DNA of 64,000 nt from positions 49,513,626 through 49,577,625 of the forward strand of contig CM074516.1 of NCBI GenBank assembly GCA_037379345.1, read 5' to 3'. The position numbers and the translations under genes are program-made. Each line of letters starts with the position of its first letter. Positions within the stretch are counted from its first letter, which is position 1. The notes beneath the pieces are model-generated. The model saw only the letters and a program-made list of their open reading frames with translations, did no database searches and was not told the DNA's origin. Source of the DNA: Perna viridis. Taxonomy: Eukaryota. Of this stretch, positions 1 to 14,200 are shown in pieces.

Positions 1-1150
1 TTGTAGGTCCTTTGGCATTTCAGCCATCAGAGTCATCTGTATATAATAAACATATAGTTTACAACCAATAAAATCTTCTACATCATTCAGGAAAAGAGCA
101 AACATAAAAGGAGGTAGATTTTCACCCAGTCTGACTCCCATTTCACATACAAAATATTCACATGCACCTTTGAAATAAATAATATTGGATTTAATATTCT
201 TATACATATTTTGAATAGCATTTAACATTTTACCATTTACAATGTATACTATTAAGAATACATTTATACCAAAGACCGTTTCTCCAAACTTTATGGTACG
301 CCTTCTTAAAATCAATAAATGCGCAATATAATTTTTCGCTTTTTTGTCTGAAGAATTTCGAAAAATGAATACAAAGTAAATATGTTATCAATGGTAGGAT
401 ATTTTTTGTCTAAAGCCTGTCTGGTTCTCATTCAGTACCATGAAGTTATCTGAAAAAGTGTTCCGGGGTTCGCTTAGTATAGCTATAAAAAGTTTACCCA
501 AACAGCTTACAATCGTAATGGGTCTAAAATTTTTAGGGTCATTGCTATCTCCCTTATTCTTATATATTGGAATAATATTACCAATTAACCAGGTCTCTGG
601 CTTAGTACCTATATCAAAAATCAGGTTAAATAACTTTTCATAAATATATATAAATTTCACTTGCTTTTTATCAACTCATTAACAACATCATCTTCACCAC
701 AAGCTTTGTTATTTTTAAGCTTTGTAATACATTTCAAAATTTCCTTCTTTTCTATATATTTATTTAAATTGTAGCTAATCTGAATGAATTCATCATTTTG
801 ATCATTTGCAAACAAGAGAGTGGAATCGTCATTATTTTCAGAGTGATCACTACTTAAATTTTTGTAATATTCATAGAGGGACTCAATACTGATATTTGGT
901 GGTCTCCTTCCCTGATTAAGTACTTTCCAATATTCCTTAGGATTTGGATCTCATTCGCTTAAGTTTTATGGTCATGTCAGCTCTATATTGCTTCTGACAG
1001 GTATCAAGAGTCTTCTCATATAACTTTTCGGCATTTCTTAACTGTTCCTTGTTTGCCAGTGATCTTGACTTTTTAAATTTACATCTAAATTTTCTGTAAT
1101 TTGTTCTAGCAAATTTGCAGTCTATATTGAACCAAGGCTTATCATTCACG
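1..1150 (-). mobile_element. Degenerate non-LTR retrotransposon (CR1/L2/jockey-like LINE ORF2, RT region)
   Basis: Minus-strand motifs KPWFNIDC, IIPIYKNKGD..DPKNFRPIT..CLGKLF, ENQTGFR, KLYCAFIDFKKAY, GVRLGENL and YTDD, broken by frameshifts and stops. Confidence 0.9.
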
Positions 1151-2102
1151 GTACATCAATGATTTGCCTTCTTAGTATGTCTAGTTAGTTAGTAGTTATG
1201 AACAGTTTATATTCTAATTGATAATTTAGTAGAATACTAGAATTGTCCTTGAATTCTGATTGAGTCCGCCTATTGTATATACATATAGTATCATTTGTAT
1301 TTTCATATATGTTAAGTATATAGTATAATTACAGATACTAATTCCATTAATACAAACATGAGCAATAGCAATATTAAACTTTGTTTTCATTTGTTCTACA
1401 TGTATTTAGACTTGCTTTACATACACAATCATAAATCTTATTGAAAACTAATAATTGTGGTATTTTATACCTTTAAACAAAATGAATGTGACTATAGTGT
1501 TTTTTGGTATAAGGAAAAATTGCATGTATGATGCAACATGGTGTGAAATATGACAGAATCACACAATTACAAAGGGCTTATGATTTATTCATTTTTTGAA
1601 AAATTACTAGATAACATTATCATAAATTTACAGGTATTTTTATTTAGATTAATGACAATAATTACAACTTTTACTTTGACCTGTCATGGGAAACTTTATT
1701 TATTTAACTTACTTAAAATAAACAGAAATTTAAAATTCCCATAAATAATTGGTTTGTCTGAGGATTTAATTAAAAGAAGCAGGCCTTGTCAATGAAGTCT
1801 GTTTGACAGGAGGAGATTGGTTAATTTGAAACTGATTAGCTTGAAAGCCATATGCTAAAACAAATCAGATGCAATGTTTGACATAAAAGTTTGCTTTTCT
1901 AATAATGATCTAGAAAAGTATCACATTTCTCATTTATGCAACAGCATGCACTTGTCTTTTTCATTTTAAACTTGCAAATGTTGTCTATTATTAGAAAATT
2001 TATGGTCAAGGGGTTCTTGGTACAATTATAAATAGCTATCAGTTTAAATATCTTAAAAAGTGTAGTATACCTTCATTCATAACATGTGTGAATAACTAGC
2101 AG

Positions 2103-2108
2103 TATAAA
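2103..2108 (+). promoter_or_regulatory. Possible TATA box
   Basis: TATAAA 65-77 nt upstream of the candidate ATGs; weak evidence in AT-rich DNA. Confidence 0.2.
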
Positions 2109-2179
2109 GTGGAGAGATAAAACGATGATCTTTATTTGAAGTTTTCACCTGATGTGAAGATGATGGAATGTATTATAAT

Positions 2180-2261
2180 ATGGATTTAAATGCATACAGG
2201 ACTATCTTTTATTTTGTCATAGTGAACATTTTATGTTACGTACAATGTAAAAATAGTAGAG
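2180..2261 (+). CDS. Exon 1: signal peptide MDLNAYRTIFYFVIVNILCYVQCKNSR
   Basis: ATG, hydrophobic core, VQC/K cleavage-like site, G|GTAAGG donor in phase 1 matching exon 2. Confidence 0.72.
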
Positions 2262-5200
2262 GTAAGGAAAACAATTATAGATTTGTTCTCATTGATTTTA
2301 TATGGAAAGAGAGAAGAGAATTCCTATTATGTTAATTTTTAGTACAGTTGGTGATTTGTTATCCTTTCTATGGAAATTAAATGTAAACAATAAACTTTTA
2401 AAAATTTGCATTTGCAATTTTTAAAAATCCTATATTTATGACATTAAAAGTGCTTTAATTGGTCTGATTTAATTGTTGAGTAGTAAATAAAGCTGAACAT
2501 AAGGAAGAATGATCAAGATTTATTTTTAAAGGAGTATTTTTGATGCAAAAAAGAAAATAAATCACAGGATACAAACATTTAGTCTATTTATTCACACAGA
2601 AAGCCAGAGTTAAAGGGGGTATAGATTATGAAAGGGTTGTCAAACATTTAATTAACTGCTGGAAAATTTACAAGCTTTGTTCATGAGAAAAAGTCTTGTA
2701 AATTTTTCTGCATCACCATTTTTAAACGGTTATTTGATTTTGTATTGAAACTCGTTACATATGAAAAAAATGTCATTATTATTGGTTTGGTTTGAGATTT
2801 AAATCAAGAAATGCTTTATTGGTGTTGAAATTAGGAACTCAGATCAAATAATGTGTTAAATAGATTGTTAATGGAGGCATACTGTCAGGTGATAGAGATA
2901 AATGAAAATTTAATCAAAAAACATTTCACAAGGTGGAACTAACTACACTATAGATTGGGCTATATATGTAAAGTATTTTGCTTGTCAATTGCAATATGTT
3001 AAAACTCTTGACTATTTAGTTTTCATAGTAGCTTTAGCAGAAAAATCTCATTTATTGGCCCAACAGTTATATCTTGAAATTTGCAGGTGCTACCTTTGAC
3101 CATTGACTGTTTTTTTGGTAATTTAATAATTTCCTTAAATGAGTCATGAAGGTCAGTTATCATAGTATTCACTTCACACCCTAACATGGTGTAGGTATGT
3201 AGGATCATTAACCCCATGTTTTTATCCTGTTAATTAATAGTTCTCTGTTCTATCTACATGTACAATGCTATCTGTATGAATTGTTAGTATATATGTTCCA
3301 GTTCACTGGTATAGGGAAAATGACTTCTTTCCTATGGCTTCTTCAAGGTGAACTGCTCTAATTCAACTGGAGTATTTTAGAAGTCTTATCTTTTCACTTT
3401 GATTTTAAAACATTTAAAAAATTTTTCATTACTCTAAATTTAGTGTTTTTACAAAGTATACAGCAGAATACAGTCTGTTTTTATGTTCATGATTTTATCC
3501 CCCCCACAAAAAAAAAGAAATTTTCTCATTTATGAAAATTTTCTAAAATGGACATTAGCCACTTTTTCCATGATAGTATGAGAGAAAGCTTTTTTTGGAA
3601 ATGTAGAAATATAAATTTCTAGTATTAGACCATATGATAAATTATCAAGTACCATTAAACCTTTACAGACAAACAATTTGACCAATTTGCCAGATTTTTA
3701 CTGATTTCCTGACCATTGTTTTATTGATTGTAATTATCATTATAGAAACTCAAGTATTCTAGGGGCATGAGTTCTATTACAATGCCAGATGACAATATTT
3801 AATATCAATCATGGTTGAAGGAACTCCTTTAAATTATTATTGATAATCCTATGTCCAAGGAATAGATCTGCCATTCACTAGGTCTATATATACCTTCCAG
3901 CATTTAAATGTGAATTATATATGAGTAATTGAAGAGACAATATATAGTAATAAATTTATTGGATTTGAAACATTGATTATTGCTTCAACAGTCATCATGG
4001 ATCACTTGTAACATTCCATGTTAATTTTATTGACATGTGAAATACATGTAATATCCTTAGAACACCTAAAATCCATTTGATATGAAAGATTATTGGTACA
4101 CGGATGTGAATTACAGGATCGTCTCTCTGATTGTATTTAGAGTATCAATGCTGCTGTTCATGTCTTTGGGTTGTTTGGCTTATTAATTTCCAGTAATAGT
4201 GGTCTATTTCTCTGAAATCTAAGTTCATATAACCCTAAAATGTTTCAAAAAGTTACATAAAACTGATTCATTCATATTTGATTTCTATACCAGTAAAGTC
4301 AGCATAAGAATTTTACAAATACCAAATTAAGATATCAATTCCAAATTGATTTAAGATAAGGGTGAAGCCTTAACTACTAACTGCCTTGTTGTATATAATA
4401 TTTTTGGGGATGGGAGTCTAGAAAGCTAACTCAATGTACAAGTTATATTTTAGGGATGAGTGTCTAGAAAACTGCCTAATTGTATAAAATATTTTTGGGG
4501 AATGCAGCTAGAAAACTAAATCATTGTGCTAGTTATTTTTGGGGATGGGGTTTATAACACTATTTCATTGTACAACTGATCATGCTGTTATTCATTTCTT
4601 TATCAAATCTTCCAAAAATACAGGTCATATTGATATAGATTCACCAGAAATCTAAAATCATACACCCAGTACTGGATTTCAAAGAAACTTCACATCAGCA
4701 AATCTTCAATCATAGACAGGCATTAAGTTTAATTGCTTCCATGTAATCTAGTTAGTCAAAGGTTCTTATTTCTTGTTACAGAGGAAATCTATTGAGGCAT
4801 GGGTTTATGTTTTCTGTGGAGAGAAAGGTCGTGTGTGAGGCTTCTAGAGAGGAATCTATTGAGGCAGAGGTTTATGTTTTCTGCAGAGAGAAAGGTTGTG
4901 TGTAAGGTTTCTAGAGAAGAATCAATGAGGCAAGGGTTTATGTTTTCTGTGGAGAGAAAGGTCGTGTGTGAGGCATCTAGAGAGGAATCAATTGAGGCAG
5001 GGGTAAATGTTTTCTGTGCTGTGTGAGGCTTCATGCAAAGAACCTTGTAGTTTATATTACAAAAATGAAGTTTATAAATATTAGATGATCAAGTTTGCCA
5101 TGTGACATTTGTCTACAGATGATGTATGAAGCATGTGATCTTTTCAGTTTTTGAGTAGTAATAGATTAAATTCATTGATTGATCGACCTTCATGGTTTAT

Positions 5201-8200
5201 CATTCTACAACACTAGGATACCTCTCTATAATTATCATGGATAAATCACTGAGTACTCAACATATGAGCCAGACAGAATGGTTCAAAGCATGTGTTATAA
5301 CTCAGTATTATATAGGTAGCAGTGATTTACCAAATGTTTCCAGTGTATTTTTTTTTGATAATTCACACTGAAATAAATTGAGTAATTTCACTCTCACACT
5401 TTCTCCCGCCAAAACACCAATATCAATCCGCCATTCATAAAATTTTAAATTTATGTTGAAAATAACAATGAATAATGGAGGCAATCTATATAATAAATGG
5501 GATAATCAATTTTTGAATAACCAAAATATGATCACTCGTGCCAAGAACACATTCAGATGTAATTTGTGCACAGAACAAGTTCCGCACTCTCGTTAAATCT
5601 ATAGGCGTGCTTAGGCACTCATGGTCATATTTTAGTTATTCACTCTTTCCAATTAATTATCCTATTAATAATGAGGTGTCTTTATATTAGAAATAAAAAA
5701 AAGGATTTAAAACAAGATATTCCTCTGCTCTTCCATATTATATAGATCTATTTATAATTTTAGGTCTGGTTAATGCTGATGATAAATAACTCGGTTTCTT
5801 AATGTTCACCAAGTGAATCAAGTTTCCTGATTTCCTTAGTCATGTGATGAAAGGTTTCAGGCTATATGACAGGTCTCCTATAGTTTTAAGAAATACTGCC
5901 AAAAATACTGATAAAATAAAAAAATAATAAATTACTGTATGTTTTGACTTCAATGAGTACTGCACTAATGTCTTCAATACGCTTATTTTGACTAAAGATG
6001 GAGTATGCTTTTAATGATGATACTTTCAGATGAATTACTTTTGGCTCTCTAGTGTTTATAGGGCATGCTTTTGGCTCTCTAGTGTTTATAGGGCATGCTT
6101 TTAGTTGTCTGGTTGTTATAGGCATGCTTTTAGCTGTCTGGTGTTTATAGGGCATGATTTTAGCTATCTGGTGTTTAGAGGGCATGCTTTTAGGTGTCTG
6201 GTGGTTATATTTTGGTACATGTATAAGGCATTCTTAGCAGTCTTTTCCTTAATTACATTTACATAAATTTAGTTGATTCTTTCTCCGTATCCTACTTTTC
6301 AGAGATTGCCATTGTAATATGTGTATTCCTGATGGCCTTAATTACCCAAATCACCCAGCAGTCCTTTTTATTAAATATATCTTGCAATCCAGCAAAGTCC
6401 TTTGAGTTTTAAATTAGTCCTGCAATGCAGAAGTCTTTTGAGTATTATCTCAGTTTTAAACAGTCCTGCAATCCAGTAGAATCAGGTGTATATTTTGGTA
6501 AATACTTCTATAAAGGGTATTATGTGAAGTACAATATTGATAGTAAATAGTCAATCAAATAGGTCAATATTTTTAGTCCTTAAGAAAAGACACCATTCCT
6601 TAATTGGAGATTAAGTTGTCCTAATGTGTTGAAATAGACTATTTTAAAACACCCATGTACAAAGATGTCGTTGTCTGTAATTATTTGGGTGGAATAAGTC
6701 ATCATACCATATATTAGGGTGTTAGATCAATCTTTTCATTGTTCCAATGTCCCCAGGTTGTAACTTTTTATCACATTTTAACTGATGGCTTGGCCATTGA
6801 CAAATTTTAACATTTCATTAAATATTTAAAAAAAGTATTTTGAAACAGATTTTATGAATATCCTGTCTGTGAAAACTTGACTATAGCTTGGACTTAGCCT
6901 AAATTATTTTGGTTAAATGATAATAGAGTATACTCGTGGACCCCTGGGGATAAAATATTCAAACTATAGTAAAAGTTGGATGTAATCCTTTAACTGTAAC
7001 TCTAGATGTATTATAACTTCCTTGGTATATCAGATTGTTAGGATATTTGTCTTATCTTGATGAGTGTAAGAATTGGGGAATTGCTGATTGATCAGCTTAA
7101 AAATCCAATTTATAATTGAAAGAATTAAGGCAGGGTTTTGATGGGTTACGATTAAGTTTGTTTAGAAAATAGTTGTTACTTTAATCTTTCTGTGGCCTTG
7201 GTTGATGTCTTGGTACTTTGGTGTAGAGTTATCTGTTTCATTTTGTCTGTATGTCTGTATTTCAGAAATATATTTTCAGAAAGTGGATAAACATCAGTTA
7301 TAACTTTTTCTGTCTGTTTGTGATGTATTTATTATAATTTCGTTTGCCTTGTTAATATCACTTAATGTGAAAATAGTATTTATTTCATAAGCTGAATTCA
7401 TCAATACTTCTTTCTCACCACTCAAAGGACACATTTATATTGATGAGTTGAATTTAACTTTCATTGGGTGAACATCATTGTCAAGTATCATATTTCATTT
7501 TATCCTTTTTTCAGTTCTTATCACTTAGATTATACTAACACAGAGTTTCACCCTTTCTTTTCACATTAAAATACCAAAGCACAAGTTTTTTTCAGACTTG
7601 ATGTTACATTTATGTTTGTGTTTTGTTCAGTAAGAGTTTTATTATATCTAGTATAGTTATCTATGGAGGCTGTGATATATTTAACAGAAATTTTGTAATA
7701 ATGGGCCTTATCAAGTAATGGGGTGGTGGATTTGATTGGATTGATGGAATAGTTTCTAAAACATGTATTTGAACACATTTGGTTTGCTGTTGGAAGGATA
7801 AATAGAAAATAGAAATCAAGAAATGTTCTGATGGCACTGGAATCAGACAGCCACGTCAGACTATGATGAAATTAGGAAGTATCAATACTGAAGCTATACA
7901 CAAGTGATAATACTTTCAAATATTATGCATTGGTCATTTAGCAAGTACAAATATCTGAAATGTAGGAATTTGGTAAAATGTGTGTCTTGTGTAAAAAAAG
8001 CTTAAAATAAAAAAAATAAAAACCAAGGGAACAGGTAGAGCTTTTGTCAAATGTTTTTAATGTTTGCAAAGTGAAAGGTATGAAATTAGCATTGGATGAA
8101 TAAATAATATATGGTGTGCACTTCATTGTACTAATCACAGAATATGACCTCTGTTCTTGATTAGGTTATCATGACATATTAAAGATCTAGCATTAATCCA

Positions 8201-11200
8201 GTTTTTAAAGGTTAAAGCAATTCAATAAGGATTAGGAAATGTTCAAGGTTCTTTGCTTGGTTGATCCTTTTGTTTTAACCCAGGGGAGATAATCCAGCTT
8301 ACTACATGGACTTTAGATCATTATCAATTTCAATGATAATTATGTATTACATGAATAAATCTTTAATTTTTACAAGGTCTGTTAATATGTCTCTACACTT
8401 TGCAATACTCAGAATCCAGATCATCCTCAACTGGTGTTCACCGAGTTCCTACCCTTATCTCTTGCCTCCTGTTGTCAGCATGTTCTACATCATGTGATTT
8501 TAGCAATACATGTAATCAGAAGCCATTTACTTTCTTATTAAATTTATCATCAGTTTTTTAACAAAATAGTGCAGCAGATATTTTACAATTTAAATTATAC
8601 AACTTTAATGAATTTATCTTAATAGTGAAACATGAGTGGTAAAAATTGAATTAAATGCGGAAACTGAATACTTATGTCAGTTTTTTATCAATTTAATTTA
8701 ATAGGAGAAATATTTGACGTTTTGGTTCACATCAGGTAGACCAAGAATAGATTCTGATTGTCAGTTTTGATTGCAGCCAAGGAAGTGCAAATTATAGTTT
8801 TAAAAGATTTTCCTAGCCAAGCTGTTCAAAATTTTGAGTCTGTGTGGTTAAAGCAGTAAACAGATATTGTTTAGAGTATATTGAATGCAAATAAAAAAGC
8901 ATTCTTAGGAGAATTCATTGATGGAAAGTAGTTTATTCAGAGAAATACTGATTTTTTCAGCAACACAATTTATTGTAAGCATGCAAAGTTCATCTTGCTG
9001 GGTCTCATTTCCAATCCCTCGGTGGTGAATTTGGCTTTCTATTTCAATAGTTTTGGTTTTGAGTACTTCGTGTATACAATTTTTTTTTTATTTAGATTTT
9101 CCTCCATGTTTGATTCTAATGCTGCTGATGAGAGATGACTCCTTTAAACATATGTACAGCATATTGAAATTTGCAATATATATGATTGGTATTTTTTGTA
9201 TTACGAATATTACAATCTGGGTTAGGTTACATGTATTTTAGTCATTGAATTATTACGGCACAAATGCATTTCAGTTTTAAGTATAATCTTGTTCTTTGTT
9301 GATTTTTATTCCTTTCTAAGCTGAACATACACACAATTTATTTTTACTTTCATATTTAATTGGAAAACAGTGATCTTTGATTGTATTTGAGCATGGCTAA
9401 ATGTTGTGAACTTTCCCATACACCTTACTTAAGGAAATGTGAAAGTTTGAATCACTCCACTGAATACAGTTTACAAATAAGGAGCTTTTCTAGACAAATA
9501 TTTATTTTTACATGATGAAATAGTGTTTAAACTTAGGATAAGGGTATTTACTAATGAGAAATCAACGCCTGTCTTGTTTCATCATAATGATCCTACATAA
9601 TCCTACTGTAATCTATACTTATGACCATGGTTTGGGGACCTTTCATGTCCCCAGGGGAATTATGACAGAGAAAAGTTTGTATGGTCATTATTTATTACAC
9701 AAAACTAAACAATTATGACAGCTAATAGTTTGAGAAATTATAGAAATTTCATTTTATGACCATGTGTTATATTTTGATTGAAATGACTTATTTAACTGTG
9801 ACTTCAGTGTGCTGATGTTTTTTTTATGTGCATGTCATAAATTATCAAAATTTGAAGTATTTTGTAAAAATTGTTAATTTATTGAAACATTTATAACAAG
9901 ATGAAGTTACTTACATGGACCAATATGTGAAGCACAAAAACATGTACTACACTGATGTATTATAGTAGATAATAGCATGTAAACCTTGAATACTTCATCT
10001 TGGTTGTACTTACATGTAGCTACATGTGTTTTTTACTGTCTTGAAAGTAGTTGCATAAATAATGCTTCTATGAAATGTCTAAATGTAAAGAAATCTCCCA
10101 TTTCCTTTTGTTCTAGCAATCCACTAGATCCAGCTAAATTATTGGGAAGATTATGTATTACTATTCTTTTTAACAAGAATGTTTTAATTTAATTAAAGTC
10201 CCATAAAGGACAATACAATCAAATACAATTATGTCAGGTAATAAGAAAATACAAGAAATTCAGGGAAGAAAAATAGATAAGCTAGCTCACCCAGAAAAAA
10301 CATATTTAGCAAAATAATAACAGTAATACCATGGCTATGTTAATTTCTGTGAATTTACAGGGCTGTTGGAAATGCATTGAAATCTAAGATAAAATATGCA
10401 TACAGTATTGTAGAGTAAAGTTAAAAAAGTAGGTCCAGTAAGGAAATTTTTAGCCTCTTAATTTGTGCAATTTTTTAAAGATTTGTTTTAAGCTTATTTT
10501 TAGGTAATAGTAGTATAGTAAAATTTATGCCAATACTAAGGAAGAACTATTTCTGACAAAACTTTGGATGTAATTCCAGAAATAACAGTATGTATTATGC
10601 CATACATGTGTTCACTCAATATATTTGCATATAAGTTGTAATTAACTATTATTACAAAATATTTGAAGTTTGAGAATGAACTCCCATGCAGTCAATATTG
10701 AAAGAGCCCAAAACTACACAAAATTTGGCCTTAATCTGTATTTTTCACAGATTTAAAAAAAAGTTTAGTCAGGTATGAGGGGCTTATATTTTCATATATG
10801 GTCAAATTATTACCATAAACCAATCAAATTGACTAACATTAAAGAGTTTTCGAAACATCTCACAACTTTCTTCATGTGCCTTTGATTTTGTGGCTAAAGT
10901 TTGCCCTTATCAGACCTACTCCTTTAGACTCTTGTGTATCTGTTATTTTCACCAGGTCCTGTACAAGCAGTTGGATTCATTCTTTTGGTGTACTTTTAAG
11001 TCAAACCATTTGTCATGTGAATAAGGTTTAAATGGTAGCAGTTTAAATGTGAATTACATCTGATACAAAAGGAGAAACTTTTGTGGTTTAGCACAGATTA
11101 AAATTGATGTGAATTTCTCTGATCTCTTGCAACAAATCTGAATGGAGTGTATTATTCTCTGTGGAATATGAGGCATTAAAGGGTACACTGGGGTTAAGTG

Positions 11201-14200
11201 ATACTTGCACTCTGGTTATACAATATGAATGTTATATAATAGTACCTTTGTTATTTAAGTGGAAGTATTGGACATCCCTGACAGAATGGAATTAATTATC
11301 TCATAAAAAGAAAATTTTGGGTGTAAAAGTTTGAATTCTGTAGACAGAGTGGTGGCATGAATGTGGGTCATGTTACTTTCACTTCTATTAAGAGATTTGC
11401 ATGAATACTGATGGTGACAAAAAGTTCCAGGTATTTATGTAAAACTCCCACCTTTTATTACCATATTAATTGGATTCCCCCAATATTAAAGGTTACTATA
11501 CCTATGGTACGTTGTAAGCTTTCAGACCCCTAATATTCCTGGTCTTGATTTACTAGTTGCAGGCATTCCATCACCACCCCTGTATACCCAATATAAGTTT
11601 ACTATTTTTCCATCACCACCCCTGTATACCCAATATAAGTTTACTATTTTTCCATCACCACCCCTGTATACCCAATATAAGTTTACTATTTTTTCCATCA
11701 CCACCCCTGTATATCCAATATAAGTTTACTATTTTTCCATCACCACCCCTTTATACCCAATATAAGTTTACTATTTTTCCATCACCACCCCTGTATACCC
11801 AATATAAGTTTACTATTTTTCCATCACCACCCCTGTATATCCAATATAAGTTTACTATTTTCCCATCACCACCCCTTTATACCCAATATAAGTTTACTAT
11901 TTTTCCATCACCACTCCTGTATACCCAATAAAAGTTTACTATTTTTCCATCACCACCCCTGTATACCCAATAAAAGTTTACTATTTTTCCATCACCTCCC
12001 CTGTATACCCAATATAAGTTTACTATTTTTCCATCACCACCCCTGTATACCCAATATAAGTTTACTATTTTCTTGTTATGGTTAAAGATTTTCCATCCTG
12101 CATTTCAGTTGTACATTTATATACTAGTATTGCTTCCAATGCCAATACTCATGAGGTTAACCCAGGAATGTATACAATGGCTATACTAAGTCAGATTGGA
12201 CTGAGAGGGCACATAAAGAACATGTATAAAACAAGTCAGCAATAAAAGTGATTGATCCTGATATAAACAAACTTCTGACTACATTATATAAAGCTGCCAG
12301 AGGCTGTATGTATCTATACTAGCTTTTTATCTATAATAGTCAGGCTTTGTAACTAAGTTGTTTTTTTGTTTGTAGTTAGATTTTGAATAGATAGCAAACA
12401 ATATCAAAAACATATCCTCTGAATTAGCCCATGTCCATCTTGTAATTGACCTGACCTTAAGATCTCAAGGTCATTAAGTGTAAAATACTAAAAAATAGAT
12501 AAAGAAAGAAAATGCTTCTGCTGAGGTATATGATGAATGCTCTATAATTTTAGACAGTAAAGTTTTGGTTCTGTCCTAGGTTTGACAATGTAGCTTAATC
12601 CATCTGACTTTTAATGCCTTCACAGGCACAGGCCCTATGTAATGACTACACAGGCCCTATTTAATGACTACACAGGCCCTATGTAATTGTAGTATTACAG
12701 GTTTGATACTTTAAAGCAGATGAAGATAATTCTGCCTCAATCAGCTGTATCCTACATTACAAATTATTTATATCAGACATGATTGTATCTTTATCTGATA
12801 AACTGACCAGTAAGTCAGGTTAAGTAGCCCTTCCTCTGGCTAAGGACTTGGTTAGGGCTATTAGCTTAAGTCATTTAGCATGCTAATTTTATCAATGAAA
12901 CAATTGTGCTTTGAAGTGGTTTACAATAGTACTATATGATAATAGTTTGACCAAAGGTGAGATCATGTCTTATCTATGGAAAACTCACCAAGAAAACAAC
13001 TGCAATTTTACTTTTTTGCCAAGTATATTTATTTTTAAAAAAATGGCACAAAATGTTGATAAGTATGTATTTTTTATTTTTTACCAAATATTTGTTGACT
13101 CATATTAGCTATTTAAAGTTTATCAGTTTTGTCACCTAGAAATGAAAGATTTATGTGTTATAGTATCTCAATACTAGAAAGTTACATGACAAAAAAATCT
13201 TTATTTTGAAATTCCCATCCCAATTTTTTAAATTTTTGTCAGTTTTTTTGGGCAGGTAGGGATGAGAAAATACTAATTAATTACATTTTGCCTTAATTAT
13301 TATTCACAAAATGAATACCATCAGTAAATATGCACATTTAGTGATAAAAGTTCTCATGCTAATGTTTAATAACTGGATTGCTGATGATAGTAGATGATAC
13401 CAGCTGTCAGTTTTGGGGGGACAACTAAAATTCCTTATTCCATTTTATGGAGGTGATGAATTCAATAAAATGGGGTGTTCATCCAACTCATGTCTGAGCC
13501 ATAGGGATTTCTTAAGAGTCAGATGTAGTTTGCCAAGATGTAGAGGTTATGTGTGCTATAGCAGTATAGAACAGATACTATCAATTATGTTTAGTCATTG
13601 GCATAATTTAAGCATCACCATAAGTTTGTTATAATTTCAACTCTTGTATCTTACATTGTATTGATAGTTTTTCGATTTTTTTTCATCCAGATACAAAAGT
13701 ATCATGTCGTTGATATTTTGTATGTACATACCAGAGATTATCAGACAAGGTGCGGTTGTAGTAGAAGGTACTATGTATGTTTTTATAATTCAATGAACAG
13801 TGAAGTTTAAATACTGACACAAGTGATACTGACACAACACTTGAATCCAGACACACAGAATGACTTGTAAGGTAACCATTGGTCAGTATGATATCCCATA
13901 AATAAGGCTTATCTGACAGCTGGATGTTTCTTTTCACTATTCATACTGACTTTTTTATTTTCTGCCTGGGGTTTATTTATATTCAAAACCCAAGTAAGCA
14001 TCAGATTCCAGTCCTGTTGTCCATTTTCCATCTGTATAAAATCAGTATGGGTTCCTTTGTATGGGTAAGGGCATACAATGATGATTAATTATGGTCAGGT
14101 GAAAGTAAATTTGATTTATTTATTTTTCAGATCCTTCTTTTCAAATTTGATATTTCTGTATACATCAAGTTCTGTTTAATGATGTGTAGATTCCGTACTA

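Noticed and set aside
11566-12071. CRISPR-like regularity of this and the 26, 28, 36 and 60 kb arrays
   Set aside because: Head-to-tail units with no unique spacers, no cas genes, eukaryotic intron context.
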